This document shows, piece after piece, positions 12,594 through 27,100 of a stretch of 64,000 bases of DNA. Position 1 is the stretch's first letter. Each line of letters opens with the position of its first letter. The notes under the pieces are model-generated. The model saw nothing but the letters and a program-made list of their open reading frames with translations, did no database searches and was not told the origin of the DNA. The stretch spans positions 3,810,596-3,874,595 of the forward strand of contig NW_003526944.1 in the NCBI RefSeq assembly GCF_000181795.1, written 5' to 3'. This DNA is from Trichinella spiralis (Eukaryota). The position numbers and the translations under genes were made by a program.

Positions 12594-15500
12594 TTACACA
12601 AATGTCGATAAGTTTGGGTTTGTTCGGTCTGTTGAACCACCACCGATGTATTTCGGATTACCGTACTGACCTGTAATATAAGGAACGTTTTTTTCTTAAT
12701 AAAAGTTGAAAGATTATGTGATCACATTAATAAAAAACTATTATTTAGCTGTATATGTATAATATGTATACCAATAAAAGAACCATCTTCAGTGAAACGA
12801 CCAGTTTCACCATCACCGTATTCAGCCATGCTGTCAGTTTCCGATTCACCTTTGCTTCCACCAGCCAGAGAACGTCGATCATCAGTCATGGAGCTGAACA
12901 AAACAAAAATAGGCAAACAATTATTAAAAAAAAAGACAAATTCAATTCGCTGTAATTCATAAGAAATTAAAAAAAAACTAAAACACTTACTCTGGATAAG
13001 TATATTCTCCAAAGCCTTTATCATCTTTCAACATAGGTTCTCTACCTTGTTCTTTTTCTTTAGCTGACACTGAAAAATTGAAACAAAAGATTAATTTAGT
13101 TTACATGTCGAAATTATGGCAATAATGTATGAAAAATTTAAAATGTAAATAAATGAAAGATGGGCTTTTTTCGATCAGAATAATTCACGTCATTCTCTGA
13201 TGATTATACATTGCAAATTCTAAAAATATCCCTCACCACATGTATGTATGTCATTTGATGAAAGCACTGCACGCACAATGTTTTGCAACAATAATAATGA
13301 AAGCGTGAAAATTGAATCCAACCAAAAGAAAAAGACCAAGAAAAATGATCCCACTTCCTGATCATTCATCTACTACTGACCATGTAACAAACAAAGAGTC
13401 ATAATTTCAAAATTCTATCTATTACATACATACACCCCATAAGTATCATGTGTAACTGCTGTAAAATGAGAAAACATGAAAAACATGTTAAAATTTAGCA
13501 AATTCGTCACATTGTATGTAGTCAATGTTTCACGTCGAACACTAATTATTTCGAAAAAACCAGCTTTTGTCTAGCAAAATCACTTCTCTACGAAAATGAC
13601 AATTTTCACTATTAACAATTTTTATCAATCATAATTTTTCTACATCATAAATCTACCGAAGCAAACATAAAAACAAATGCACTTTGTCACAAACTGTTGC
13701 GCAAAATCACAGCAAAAAAAAGATTTCGCTGCAAAAAATTCCTTTCAAACAAAAAAAAATGAGATGATTATATAAGATATTTAACCACCCTCCCCTTTGT
13801 GTGTGGGGGGGGAAGACCCCCCCCCCGAAAAAAATATTAAAAATCATTACAGCTATTAATTTTTATTAGTAGGAAGTAGTAAGCCAAATAGTTGTAAAGA
13901 AAAAATCCAAAAAGAAATGTTTGTTGTTTTTTTAAATTTTTTTTTATGAAAACCAACCCCATGAAAAACCTGCCTTACCCTCGGATATATTTGGGCTCCC
14001 ACCGACCAGCCCGCTACCCACGAAAAAAAAAATAGCCCAAACAAAAAAATTGAGATATTTCAAAAAAACCAAAAAATGTGCGCCAACCCAAAAAACAGAG
14101 CTAATGGAAGCCCATACTGTCCGCGGCCGAAGATGGATGTATCCGTCTTTGTCCCCTAAAGAAAGTCTTTGGTCGTAACGGCGCCAAAACGAGCCCCAAA
14201 AAAACCCACACATTGTGCTGTTCTACACAAACTCTCCCCCNNNNNNNNNNTAATATGTATCCCCAATAAAAAGAACCCTTTTTCAGGAAAAGACCCAGTT
14301 TCACCATCACCCGTATTCAGCCATGCTGTCAGTTTTCCGATTCACCTTTTGCTTCCCCCAGCCAGAGAACGTCGATCATCAGTCATGGAGGTGAACAAAA
14401 CAAAAATAGGCAAACAATTATTAAAAAAAAAGACAAATTCAATTCGCTGTAATTCATAAGAAATTAAAAAAAAACTAAAACACTTACTCTGGATAAGTAT
14501 ATTCTCCAAAGCCTTTATCATCTTTCAACATAGGTTCTCTACCTTGTTCTTTTTCTTTAGCTGACACTGAAAAATTGAAACAAAAGATTAATTTAGTTTA
14601 CATGTCGAAATTATGGCAATAATGTATGAAAAATTTAAAATGTAAATAAATGAAAGATGGGCTTTTTTCGATCAGAATAATTCACGTCATTCTCTGATGA
14701 TTATACATTGCAAATTCTAAAAATATCCCTCACCACATGTATGTATGTCATTTGATGAAAGCACTGCACGCACAATGTTTTGCAACAATAATAATGAAAG
14801 CGTGAAAATTGAATCCAACCAAAAAAAAGACAAAGAAAAATGATCCCACTTCCTGATCATTCATCTACTACTGACCATGCAACAAACAAAGAGTCATAAT
14901 TTCAAAATTCTATCTTTTACATACATACACCCATAAGTATCATGTGTAACTGCTGTAAAATGAGAAAACATGAAAAACATGTCAAAATTTAGCAAATTCG
15001 TCACATTGTATGTAGTCAATGTTTCACGTCGAACACTAATTATTTCGAAAAAACCAGCTTTTGTCTAGCAAAATCACTTCTCTACGAAAATGACAATTTT
15101 CACTATTAACAATTTTTATCAATCATAATTTTTCTACATCATAAATCTACCGAAGCAAACATAAAAACAAATGCACTTTGTCACAAACTGTTGCGCAAAA
15201 CTCACAGCAAAAAAAAGATTCGCTGCAAAAAATTCTTTCAAACAAGAAAAGAAGATGAGATGAGAGATAAGATATTTGAACAATAATAAATTTAGCATCA
15301 ATATTCAATGACTGTAACAGTGAAAAGAAATATTAAAATCATTACAGCTATTATTATTATTAGTAGTAGTAGTAGCAATAGTGTAAAGAAAATCAAAAGA
15401 AATGTTGTTGTTTTTTAAATTTTTTTATGAAACAACCATGAAAACTGCTTACCTGGATATTTGGCTCCACGACAGCGTACAACGAAGAAAATAGCCAACA

Positions 15501-18117
15501 AAATGAATATCAAAAACAAAATGGCCACCAAAACAGCAATGAGCCATGCGGCGAGTGATCCGTTGCCTAGAGAATAGAAAAAGCAAAGCAAAAACAATGT
15601 TCAATCCAATAAAAAATACATAAAATGCAAAACGTTTTTTTTTTTAATTTTTCACCTCGTCCAAGAGTTGACATGTAGTAGACAGGAGATTCGGTCTCCA
15701 AACCTCCTTGCTCTGTTTCAACTACGCTTACAGATTTCACTTCGTATACAGTGCCAGGGTAGAGATCGTCCAAAGTGACCGAAAAGTTATTTCCATCTGG
15801 AAACGCTTCTTCCCACTGATCCGTTCCTGAAAAATAAAACACAACACATTGCATCATCATCATCATCTGGCAAGGCTTGCAAATTTTCTTTCGCTATTCC
15901 CGATAAATTGTAAAGCCGCATGAACAACAACTGTGCACTTTTCTATAAACCCTTTCAATGACGAAATTGCTCTTAATTCCACAACTGAACACAGAAAACG
16001 AAAACTTTCTGCCCCTCTAAGTGATATATACATATATATCAGTTTATTTTTATACAACTTATACATTTCAAAGCAAAACTTTTTTTTAAAAAAAGCTTAA
16101 TTTAAAGCTATAAATTGCAAATCAATTTCAGTTTTGTTCTGTAACAACAACAACAACAACAATATCCACAACAATTGCTATTACCTTTCATTCGATATTT
16201 GAAGAAAAATTTGTCACCAACTGGAGTCGGGTTTGCCGCATCGTAACTACCCGGTATCCATGATATGTTAATCTGATTTTCTCCAACGCCCAATTCTGCC
16301 AACGACGGCTGCGACGGTGACACTAAAACAATTGCATAAATGAGAAAATTTATTATGCACATGTATATTGATTGAATAAAGGAAAGAAAAAAGAATTATC
16401 ATTGCAATGTATAATTTGGAAGAAAAATGTTCTGTTTGAAAAAATCACCTCGTACAGAAGATTGATTGTTATGCTTGTTTGTTGACAGTTGGGTAGTGAT
16501 CGTTGCCAACAGAAGAAATGTGGAAAACCAAATTACAAAATTACAATGATATCCCATCGATTCAATGAAAGCAGAAAAGCAAATAAGAACGAGTGCAGAG
16601 CAGAAGAAGAGTGAAGCTTGCTATTGAGCTTCGTGACAAGCTCTCTCAGCTGATTTTAAAATGCGTCAAAGCCAACGGGGTGGCCGCAGCAGCAACAGCG
16701 GCGAAGCAACAGCAATGGCAATGACGGTGGCAAGCGACTGACTACTTACTACTGACTGACTCATTCTCGATAGCATCGCCTATCACTAAGAACAACATGC
16801 CAATAACGTCGAAACGCCTCATCTGAACAACTTGAACAAGCAATTTCAAGTTAACTAAATGAAAATCCGACTAGTCGACTTCAAGATTCACTATTAAAAA
16901 CACACATACACAAAGATATATACACACACGTAGATATAATAATATGTAGTATATAATAAACAAAGGTATAGTTTTCAAAATCAATTACAAATTGAAGTTC
17001 AGGTAAATAAGGCAACTGCTGTTCTCTCTTCTTCACATTCAATAAGAATATATATACATATCAACCACAGCAGATTACCACTTTTAATCAATTTCCCGCC
17101 TTGTTTTCATTAGAAGATAAAATCTCAGACATATCCCATTTAGAAGTTATTTTAAAATACATTCCACTTCAGCAGAAATAATAAATAATACTAATAATTT
17201 TGAAATTACAATTTTTCATAAATATAATAAAAACTGAACAAAATAAATAAACAAACCATTGCACGTCACCACCATCATCCTCAATCAGATCAACAACAGT
17301 CAAACGGATAAAAACTTTTACCATTAGATAAAATTATCGAAAACAGCTTTTACTACTTATAAGAAAAACAGAACTACAAAGAATTACAATGTTTTAAGAG
17401 AATGAATCATCTCAGGCAGGAAAAATCATTGACTAAGAGGGTAAAATGCAATCAAATTGAGTAAATCGAAAGAAATGCTACATTTAGCATTTGAAAATTC
17501 ATTTTGCTTCTTCGCCTGCACAATCAACAACAAAATCGTTGATGATTTGATTAAGTATAAGATAGCAATGAAAATGTGCAAAATTCAGCTTATCAAATTT
17601 CCATCACAATGACAAACTCTGCAACTGCTACGTTTTATTTTCCACTGTTTTTTTTTCATAGATGTAATTCAAAATAAAAAATTTCTACACTATTGCCATC
17701 ATCGTCAGTTTTTCATATTTGTATAAAATCATCAAACACTGATGATACATCAAACAAACATATACATACATACATGCATGCATTAAAACAACAATAGTTC
17801 TGTTGAAAATGCATGTGTGCACGCGCAAACATGCTCATAATAAATGCACCAATTCGTTTTTCTTTATCGATTTCAAACGTCGTCGTCTACTGACTGACGC
17901 TTTAAATATTTTTAGCATACAAATCACACACACACCATAACTCGCTGACTTTAGCGTCTCAACCTGGTTTAACTTAGCCAAGCAAATGCGAATGCAAATG
18001 CAAATGGAAAAGAAATCGATAACTATGCTACACCGATTCGATTGCAAACATCTTGCAGTTTCAATTGTCAGCTAACTACCTGAAGTGCACCTCAAATTGT
18101 CATCCTCATTATTATGC

Positions 18118-18162
<45 letters not shown>

Positions 18163-21100
18163 ATAAAATCTCACTGAAAAAGTAAAAAATTGATTTCCCC
18201 TCATATTGTGATTCAGCACGACAATCGCAGCTTCATCTGTTAAAATTATTTCAAAAAACAACAACGTTTACATACCTTTGTTGATATCTTCAGGGATGGT
18301 CTTCACATCCACAGAACTTGGATCACCAAGCCCTGCATTAGTGACTCCACGCATCTCAACACGGTACTCACTTTCCGCTTTCAAGCCGTGAATACGTTCG
18401 TGATTCACATCCACATCATACATACGGTACATACAACTTCCATCAGCAAACGATGCGCCACTTTTCGATTCGGAAACTAAACAAATAATAACAGTCAGTC
18501 AGTTATAAATAGTTGAAAATTCACTTTCAGAATAATGCAAAAACTTACGAAGGCAATATGACAAATTGTAACCAATCAGGTGACCATTGTATTCTCGAGG
18601 AGGTTTCCAAATGACGCCAATTTCACGGTGAGATAATGGAAAAGCGCTCAATGATTGCACTTGCGATGGAACTGAAATGAAAACACATATAAATAAAAAG
18701 CATAAAAAAATAACTTTCTACATGTTTTCGAAAATTTATATTCTTGAAACATTCAGCTTCAAAAATAAAAATTCTTGAATACTTACCTCCTTCCGGCATA
18801 TCGAAACGTATCCTCTGACTTGGGGGGCTATCGTAAGCATCATTTGCAGCATATACTTCTGCGTAGTTGACTCGAAACGGTTTCAAATCGTAAACCGTTC
18901 CCTGGGATGCTGAACTGTCAAACAGTGACTCTTTCTTTACAGGATCTGAACGTTTTCCCGTGTCATGCCAATGAACAATCTGAAACAAGCAAAATTTTAA
19001 AGTTCACGTGCGTTTTTGAACTCTTTTTTTTAATTTATCACGCATCTTTAATAATCGGAAACGTAATAAATCAAGAACAATACATTTTTGCAAATAACCC
19101 TAGTCGAATGGTCAACTTGCTTATTTTTAAGGATCGAAATAATAAACAAAACAAACGAACTAATTCCTCTAACTCCTGTAACTTAAATAAATGTCAATTT
19201 AAAATAAAATCTATTATACATATTTTTTATTAATGATGCATATCGAAATAATATTCAAAAGTCAATATGGAGTCAACTGTATTTTAATGAAAAGCAAGTA
19301 CTAACAAATTGGAAACAATTTTCAAATGAAAACTTTCATGAAAACAGATTACCGGTTCCACTGTTAGCATATTTTAAATATATCTTTTAGCAAACAGTCA
19401 TGTTCCGTCTAAATTAAAATGAATTCTCATTGTGCCTTCATTGATGCTCATGAAAAAGTAAACTGGCAAGCAATTTCGACGACCATTATCAAACAACCGT
19501 TTCTTCAATTTAAACCTCGATCGATCAACAAAGTAAATAACCTCAACTCAATAGAAACCATAAAAACAGACCCTTCTACAAATAATATTAAAACTTACAA
19601 ATGAAAAAATTGGCAGTCGATTAGATTCAATTTTAAAAAATATAAATGATGAATTAATTTGTTGTTCATCAATTTGAAAACAATTTCCATTTAATATTAT
19701 TCTATTACTCATTTTTCATTAGGATGTTTTCATGATTGATGAAAAACGGTGTAATTTCTCAATTCTGCCCCTTTCCCTCCTTTTTTTCTTTGAGCGACTG
19801 TTTCTATTTTAGCTGAAACAATACTGTCATACTGAAGAATAAATAAAATCTCAAAATCAAAGAAAATATAATTCGATTCGCTCGCTATTCTACTATTCTC
19901 CAATCAGAAGACAGTAGAAAAAAAAATACTGCAAAATATGCTTCGCACTGAATCGACTATATATCACATACTGCTGCTCACCCATCTCATTAAAGTAGAA
20001 AACAAATCAATATGAGTAAATGAATAGGCGCAAACAAAGAACATCCAATTTTTACCTTGTAGCCCTTGAAGTTACCATGCAACGATGCCGGATCGACTGG
20101 ATCCCAGGCAAACGTGGCTACGGTCGGTGCAACGACATTGACCAGTCGAAAGTTTTTCGGCGCTTCATCCGGGTCTGTTTGCAAAATCAAAAAATCACAC
20201 ACAAACAAATAAACACACAATAACAGCAAAATATTTTTTCAAAAAAAATGCATACATCCTTCGCCAGAATAGCCTCGTACAGTGGCCGGACTAACGGTCG
20301 CTTTGCCCAAGGAGTTGGCCGACTGGACGCGCACATCATACGGCTCATAGGTCGGCTGGTCCGGTACAACAAGCTGACTTTCGTTAGGGTCGGTCACAAT
20401 GGCAGTTTCCCATCGAGAATCGTCATCGTCTGCTCGTTTCATTTCCACGACATAATGAAAATCCGGCCCGTTCCAATCGACCCGCTCCACCGGATCCCAG
20501 CTGACCACCAAATTATCCGGCGAAGTGCCACGCACAACCACATTAGCAGGATTCAGTTCCGGCAACGCGGCCGCAGTTGTGCACTGTGTACTGGCCAAAG
20601 ATGGGGCACTGTCTCCAACCTGACAAATAATAATACTTTGATAAAGCGAATGCTTTTCACATAATAATTTCTACTTTACTAACCTCATTTCTGGCAACTG
20701 CTCGAAAACTGAAATTTCCCCACGGATGCAACGGCACAGTAATTGTCCACCAATCTTTGTCGGCCCGGGTGGTCACTGGCACCGGATATATGTGCCATGC
20801 ATCTGGTTCAGCGTCGTTGCTGTTGTACTGAACCCAGAACGATTCTACCGGAGCGGCCGTTCGAGGACGATCTCGATGCTGGAAACGTACGGCGGCATTT
20901 CGCTCTGAACAAGTCACGCCGACAAAAAATGGCGGCAATGGAACATCTACAACGCAAAAACACTTCCACCAACGGTAATAGAATACAAACGTACAAGCAA
21001 CACAAGTGTGCTTTCTACAAAAAAAAAATACACACCTTTGACAAGAATGGTCGCCACGCGTTCAGCTTTGTCAAGTTTGGTCTCAGCCACGCATGTGTAG

Positions 21101-24100
21101 TCGGCACTGTCGGATGCTTTGGGATTTTCAATGATCAAAGTGTAATTTTCATCCACCTTGATGTGGGGCTGCAGATTGCCCAACGGTATACCGTCAATCA
21201 ACCATGTGTATTTCACTTTTAACAAATTGTCATGATACGCTTTGCAAGGCAACTGGATGGAATTGCCTGCAGTGACGGTCGTATTTGACGGATATTGAAA
21301 TAATCTTGTAGGATCTGTAAATAAATTTTCATAAAAAATTATTTTTTTAATTTAATAAATCAACTATAAACAATTCATTTAAAAAACTGAATAAGACAAA
21401 GCAACAATTATATCATCTGTTCACAACGTATTTTCTTGTTTAGCATGGCAATTCAATAATAATTATTATTATTAGTGGCGGCATTCGTATAAAAATTGAT
21501 AAATGCAACTTTATATTATAATGCAAAATTAAATGATGAGGCAAAATGACCCGCAGTTGTCGAGTTGTTTACGGTCAAGCTTGATTTACTTAATCGACCA
21601 AACTAGCCAACAAGCAATACTATGAATATGATGAGATGATCAGCAAGCAACAGTCTCAGAAATGCCTGCCACATAAATGAATTCACCACAAAAGAAGCAT
21701 GCAAGTCCACATGGAAGCCGCTAACCACACGCTAACCGCAATATCTTCGCGCTAATAAACGTTGTGCGTTTCGTTTATCAATTTATCATTCGAAACGAGC
21801 CACACATGAGGCGGCACAGCATTCGTCCACTTTAGCCAATAAAATTTATACATGCATGCATGCATACATACACACACATACATGCAGATGCACATGCAAG
21901 CACATGACGCATCACAACAACGCCCTAGACATTTTCCTTTTGAAATTTAAATCGAGCCAAGTGACCAAATTTGTCGTTAACAAATTGATCAATAAAAATA
22001 AGCAAATCCCAAATAAGAATTTCTATTTGCAACCCCATCATCCACAAGTGACATTCAATCATTCGTTATTTACATATACAAATAAACTAACAATAACAAG
22101 GTCAAAGTGAGAAAAAATAACATTTACAAATAAACCTATTGAAAAAAGCATTATATTAATGGAAATAATGGATACTGTTACTGTTATTATTGTTGTCATT
22201 ATTTAAGCAAATGATGCGTTTAATAAGCAATCAGGGAGTCAGTTAGTCGGCCATTAGGTCGGTCAACTGACCGACCGATCGAGGGTTCAAATTTATTTGC
22301 CTATACTCTATAAACGCTACAAGCGTTCTATTGTCGATGAACAAAGCATTTACTATTATTATTATTTGCACACAGTGTGGTAGGTAGTAATAACAGCAAT
22401 TGATTGTATAAAGTAAAATAAATTGGTTGAAGCGAAAATGGAAAATAAAATTTTTCAAATTTCCATTACAAATTCTTGAACAAATCAATAAATACTATTT
22501 AAAACATCCGTGGATATAATTAAAAATTACATTAATCAAAATAATAATAAATTGCAACTCACCTCGGACAACTAATGAGCCAATTTCAGATGCTTCGCCG
22601 TACTTGTTCGAGGCGTGGCATTCAAAAGAAGCTTCGTGCTTTTTGTCCACCTCGTAAAGAACCAACTCGCTGATTCCTTCGGCATTCAAAGGAGTGTAAC
22701 GGTACAACGCGCCCGTCAACACGGGACTGCGCCATTCGATTTTCGGCTTTGGACTACCAAAAACCCTGCATTTGTGAACACTTCGTTGTCCAACAACAGC
22801 TTCACGATTTCCAGGTCCTTCCAAAATTACGGCAGGAAATGCTGAACAATGGATAATATGATTGTGTGATTTGGTTAGATTTTTCATTTTGGAATATTCA
22901 TCACATATACAAACAAAGAAATATATATATGTATATATATACTCACAGAGGATGTTCAAATAGAAATTTGCCCATACGTATCCGTAAGCATTTTCGGCTT
23001 TGCATTGATAAACTGCGTTATCACCAGCGCCGTCGGGTGCTTTTCTCAGATTTTGAATGGTCAACACTTCACCGTCAATCGAGTAACGATCGTCGGGTAC
23101 AATTTCTGAAGTCAATAAATAAATAAATAATGTAAATAAACAATTCATTTTATTTTGTTATCGTACTATGTCCATTTTTGTAAAAAGTAATGTTCGGTGT
23201 TGGCTTTCCGCGTGCATTGCAGCGAAATTCCACGCTCTCTCCTTCGGACGAATTCTGACTGGGCGGCGGACCTTCGACCCAATATGGTGCAGCTGTATAT
23301 GCAAATTATGATAATTTGAAAAAGCAAATAAACAAACAAACTAACACACCGTGCACGTTGACTTTGAGACGCCGACTCAGTTCTGGCATTGAGGGAAAAA
23401 AGCACTCGTAATCGCCTTCGTCGTGAAAATCCACATCTTGGATGAGAAGGGACTTTTTGAAATCAGTTCCCCAATTTACCCGCCGAGGGTCAATTACACC
23501 GTTCACTTTACGCCACTCCGGCATCAAATCAGGACTGCAAAAGCATAATATTGTGAGCTATAGCTTCGTATTGCAAAAACAAAAAAACAATAATTCTCAC
23601 TATCCAGCGTAGATGCAAAACAATTTGAAACTTCTGCCACGCAAAGCGATCGTCACAGAGGGAGATATGTACTGCTCGGTTGGTGCAACGTGACGAACTA
23701 TTATATGAAAGCAAAAAAATATTATGTTATAAAAAAAATTCCAAAATTGACAACACTCTGCATTGAAGTACTCACTGGATTTGCGTTTGTTTTTCAAAAT
23801 GTTCATTCGAAATTGATTGCCAAATTTGTAATCTTTCAGTTCAGTATTTTCAGCCGTACAAGTGAAATACATGTTCACTTTCAGCTGATCCGTATAGTTG
23901 GCATATTGGATAAATATGGTTCCCTGAAAAATAATTGGACAATGCACACTACTGACCGAGTAGAGATGTTGCACATATATTTCATGTACAAGATATTTTT
24001 CTGAATTTTTTGAAAAGAATCTTAAACAAACAAATAAACAACATTACGTGATCGTTGACAGCCACTGACGAGCTGTTGATTGTTTGAAATTTGCTGCCAT

Positions 24101-27100
24101 CGTCACCTTTGAAAATCCAAAAAACTCGGGCCGGTGGAACAGAAGGCGGAGGTACGCAACTCTTCTCCAACGGATCCCCGAGTTCCACGTCAATAATTTC
24201 CGGCTCTGATTTTGGAAAATAGCTCATAACTGAAATTAATCGAAAAATAAAATTCAGTATATATTTAAAGAAAAGCTTTATTATTCATTCAAAAGAAAAG
24301 ATTCAATGAGACATAGTGAAAATTTGAAATCAATCTCTCTGCCAGAATGGCTTCCAGTTTCAAAATAGCACTGGAAACCTTTCAGTGAAAAAAAAAACAA
24401 ATATATATAATTTGTTGCCTCAGACAATATGGTTCTCGTTTCCTTGCAATTGTCCATTTTTGGAAGTAAAAAATAATTATTAACAAAGATGAAAAAAAGC
24501 TATTTACAACTGCTAATAAATGTCTGAAAACCACTTCCATTGACAAAGTGATAATTAAAATGTTTTGTCATTGCACAGCAATTCTACTGAATAAAAATTC
24601 ACACAAAAGAGACAAGAAAAAAAAACAACCATTAAGCCAAGTAAGCGGCATGGTTTGCTTTTGCGAGTGATTTAAAATTGATTCAGCTTACATGAAAATT
24701 GTAAAAATGGAAAAAAACTGCTTATACGCAATTTGTACAATAAAAATAAATTGAAGTAATTGAATTTTCATTGAATAAGAAAAAAAAATATACCAATAAA
24801 TCTCCTTTAAATTACATGGCAAGATAATTTATTTTTTTGCAAAGTCAGCTTATTATTGGTTTGCTGATTTTCAAAGAAGCCGCCTTTTTTCAGGGGGGAT
24901 GAACAAAAAAGTTATCATTATCAAATAAATAAAAATTGCAATCGTATCGAAACATAATAATACTTTGAAAAACAAAACCTTTTCCTTCCCGTTAGAAATA
25001 AAAAAAACAACAATAACAACAATTAGCAAATGGAATGATAATTTTTTTAAAGCAAATGAGTAAAAATTAAAAAAAAAATTTTTCTTTTCTCCTGCCAACA
25101 TTGCTTCTTTATGTAAGAAAAACGATTTCAAGATGTGGACAGATGTTCAATTGGAGGAAACGCATTATTATAATTAATTAAATTTTCAAAAAGTCGAGAA
25201 GAACTTTTGAACAGCCCATGTGGCTCAACTCGAATAAGCCGAACCGACGTCAGCTGCCACAATCTCGTATGGCCAAAATAAAGCGTTTGCAAAAAATAGA
25301 GGTTAGCATTTTTGATCTCATCGCGTGAGCTTCTTTTAAAATTTAAGCTTCAACAAATTCAACACTAATCTCTCGACATTTATTGATCGCCCCCTCCGTC
25401 AACCTCAACCGCCGCCGCCTATGCTTGAACAAAACTGGAGCATCTATATTTAAGTGCAACAAAATTGAGCTTCTTCATCCGGAGAGATGAAAATTTGAAA
25501 TAAAATAAATTCAAAATAATGTATAAACAAATAAACAAACAATTTTCCTCATTCCTGACGGATAGAACTTACATGTCCTGCGCAAGACGATCTCACGATC
25601 GTAAGCAGAGCCGTTGCCATTTTCGGCTATACACTGATAGATGCCTTCGTCTTCAAGACGCAGTTTGCTCAAAATGAAAGTCCCTTCTCCAGGTACTGAA
25701 GTAGCACGATCGTTCAGTTCTTCAAAATTCAACGGTACTCCATCTTTGAGCCAACGATAGCTGAAATTAGAAATAGCAGGAGTATAATAATTATTTTTAT
25801 TATTTGAACAAAAAAAAAGCAGATCTCTTCCACTGAACTCACCTCACCGAAGGATATCCGCTGGCTTTGCACAAAAATCGCCTCTCTTTCAGATTGATCG
25901 TACTTGAACTTTCCTCCAACATCGCCGAATCCAGTACAAAATACATGATGTTCGGATTGGCCTCGTGAATAAATGTAGGTGGGGTTGGAACTGAAAAAAA
26001 TACGCTGTATTTGCAACATAAAACAGAAATATTTAAAGAAAAAAGCTTACTTCTGCTCAAATCCGGCAATTGACTTGCAATTGCTAAAATTAAAAGAAAA
26101 AAAGGCATATTTAGTAAAAGAATAAAAATATTAAACAAAAAAAACACCGTTGAAACACCAATCGAATTTAAGAAATGAGAGAAATTTAATTAAAATTAAA
26201 AAAAAAATTTCATCACACGCAAGGAATGCATGCTACATGCTAATGGAGACTAATCATTAAAAACATCGAAACTTTTAACGCTCTTATAAATGTAATCATA
26301 AATCATTATACATATTATTTTGCTTCACTTTAATATTCATTGAATTAATAATTGATTTATTATTTCGAATCATCACTGTGCAAATAAATAAAAGAAAATT
26401 TTTGTTAATGTTGCTACAATTTGAAACTTTTTCTTCAAAATTGTCACAAGCGAGATAGATAGAACATCAGCAACTGAAATAATTTTTCTTTCTTTTCTTG
26501 AAGAAGAAGAAGAAGAAAATTGACAGATGAATTATGCCCCACCCAAAAATCGGTCCAACTATCATTTTCCAGGCTTGTTCAGGTGATCCTTGAGCTGCAG
26601 AATAAATTTTATTCATATTCTTTTGTTCTCCCATTCCCTCTCTCTTTATGCATCAATGCTAGAATAGTTCCACATGTTTCTTTTTCCAACTGTGTTTCAA
26701 AAAAGCAACATACCAACAATAAATAATACAATGAATAATACTTTTCAATCAATAATGATACATAAAATAAATAAACTAGGTTGAATAAAACGAATTGAAA
26801 AATAAAATTATCGAAAAAAAATTCAATTGCTAAATTTTCAATGTCGGATGTTCAACAATACCACAAATGTGGCAAAGCAATGTTTCAAACTGGATTGATT
26901 GGGGGAAAAAAAGGATAATACCAGCTTTCCAGTATTGTAGAAAAAGTGCACTGTAATTAATATTTATTTACCGTAACCTTATCATTATTTAAATACTATA
27001 TATTATGAGATAAAAAGAAAAATGTTAAAATGACCAAAAATCGAAAACATTCAAACAGTGAATTTGGTGATAATGAAAAGGAACAATTTTATGTTAGCCC

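Noticed and set aside
12937..12948. Possible 12-nt RSLE-like microexon after FGEY in the sax-7 tail
   Set aside because: The donor (gtcttt) is poor, the flanking introns would be only about 42 nt, and the peptide does not resemble RSLE.
13750..14340. Apparent diverged or pseudogenised copy of the sax-7 TM and cytoplasmic exons, with novel-looking ORFs
   Set aside because: Errors are homopolymer expansions that increase toward the 14241 gap from both sides, typical of low-quality read ends rather than evolution.
14251..15240. Duplicated sax-7 cytoplasmic exons as possible mutually exclusive exons
   Set aside because: The introns are duplicated too, almost identically, and the repeat starts at an N gap, so this is unmerged contig overlap.
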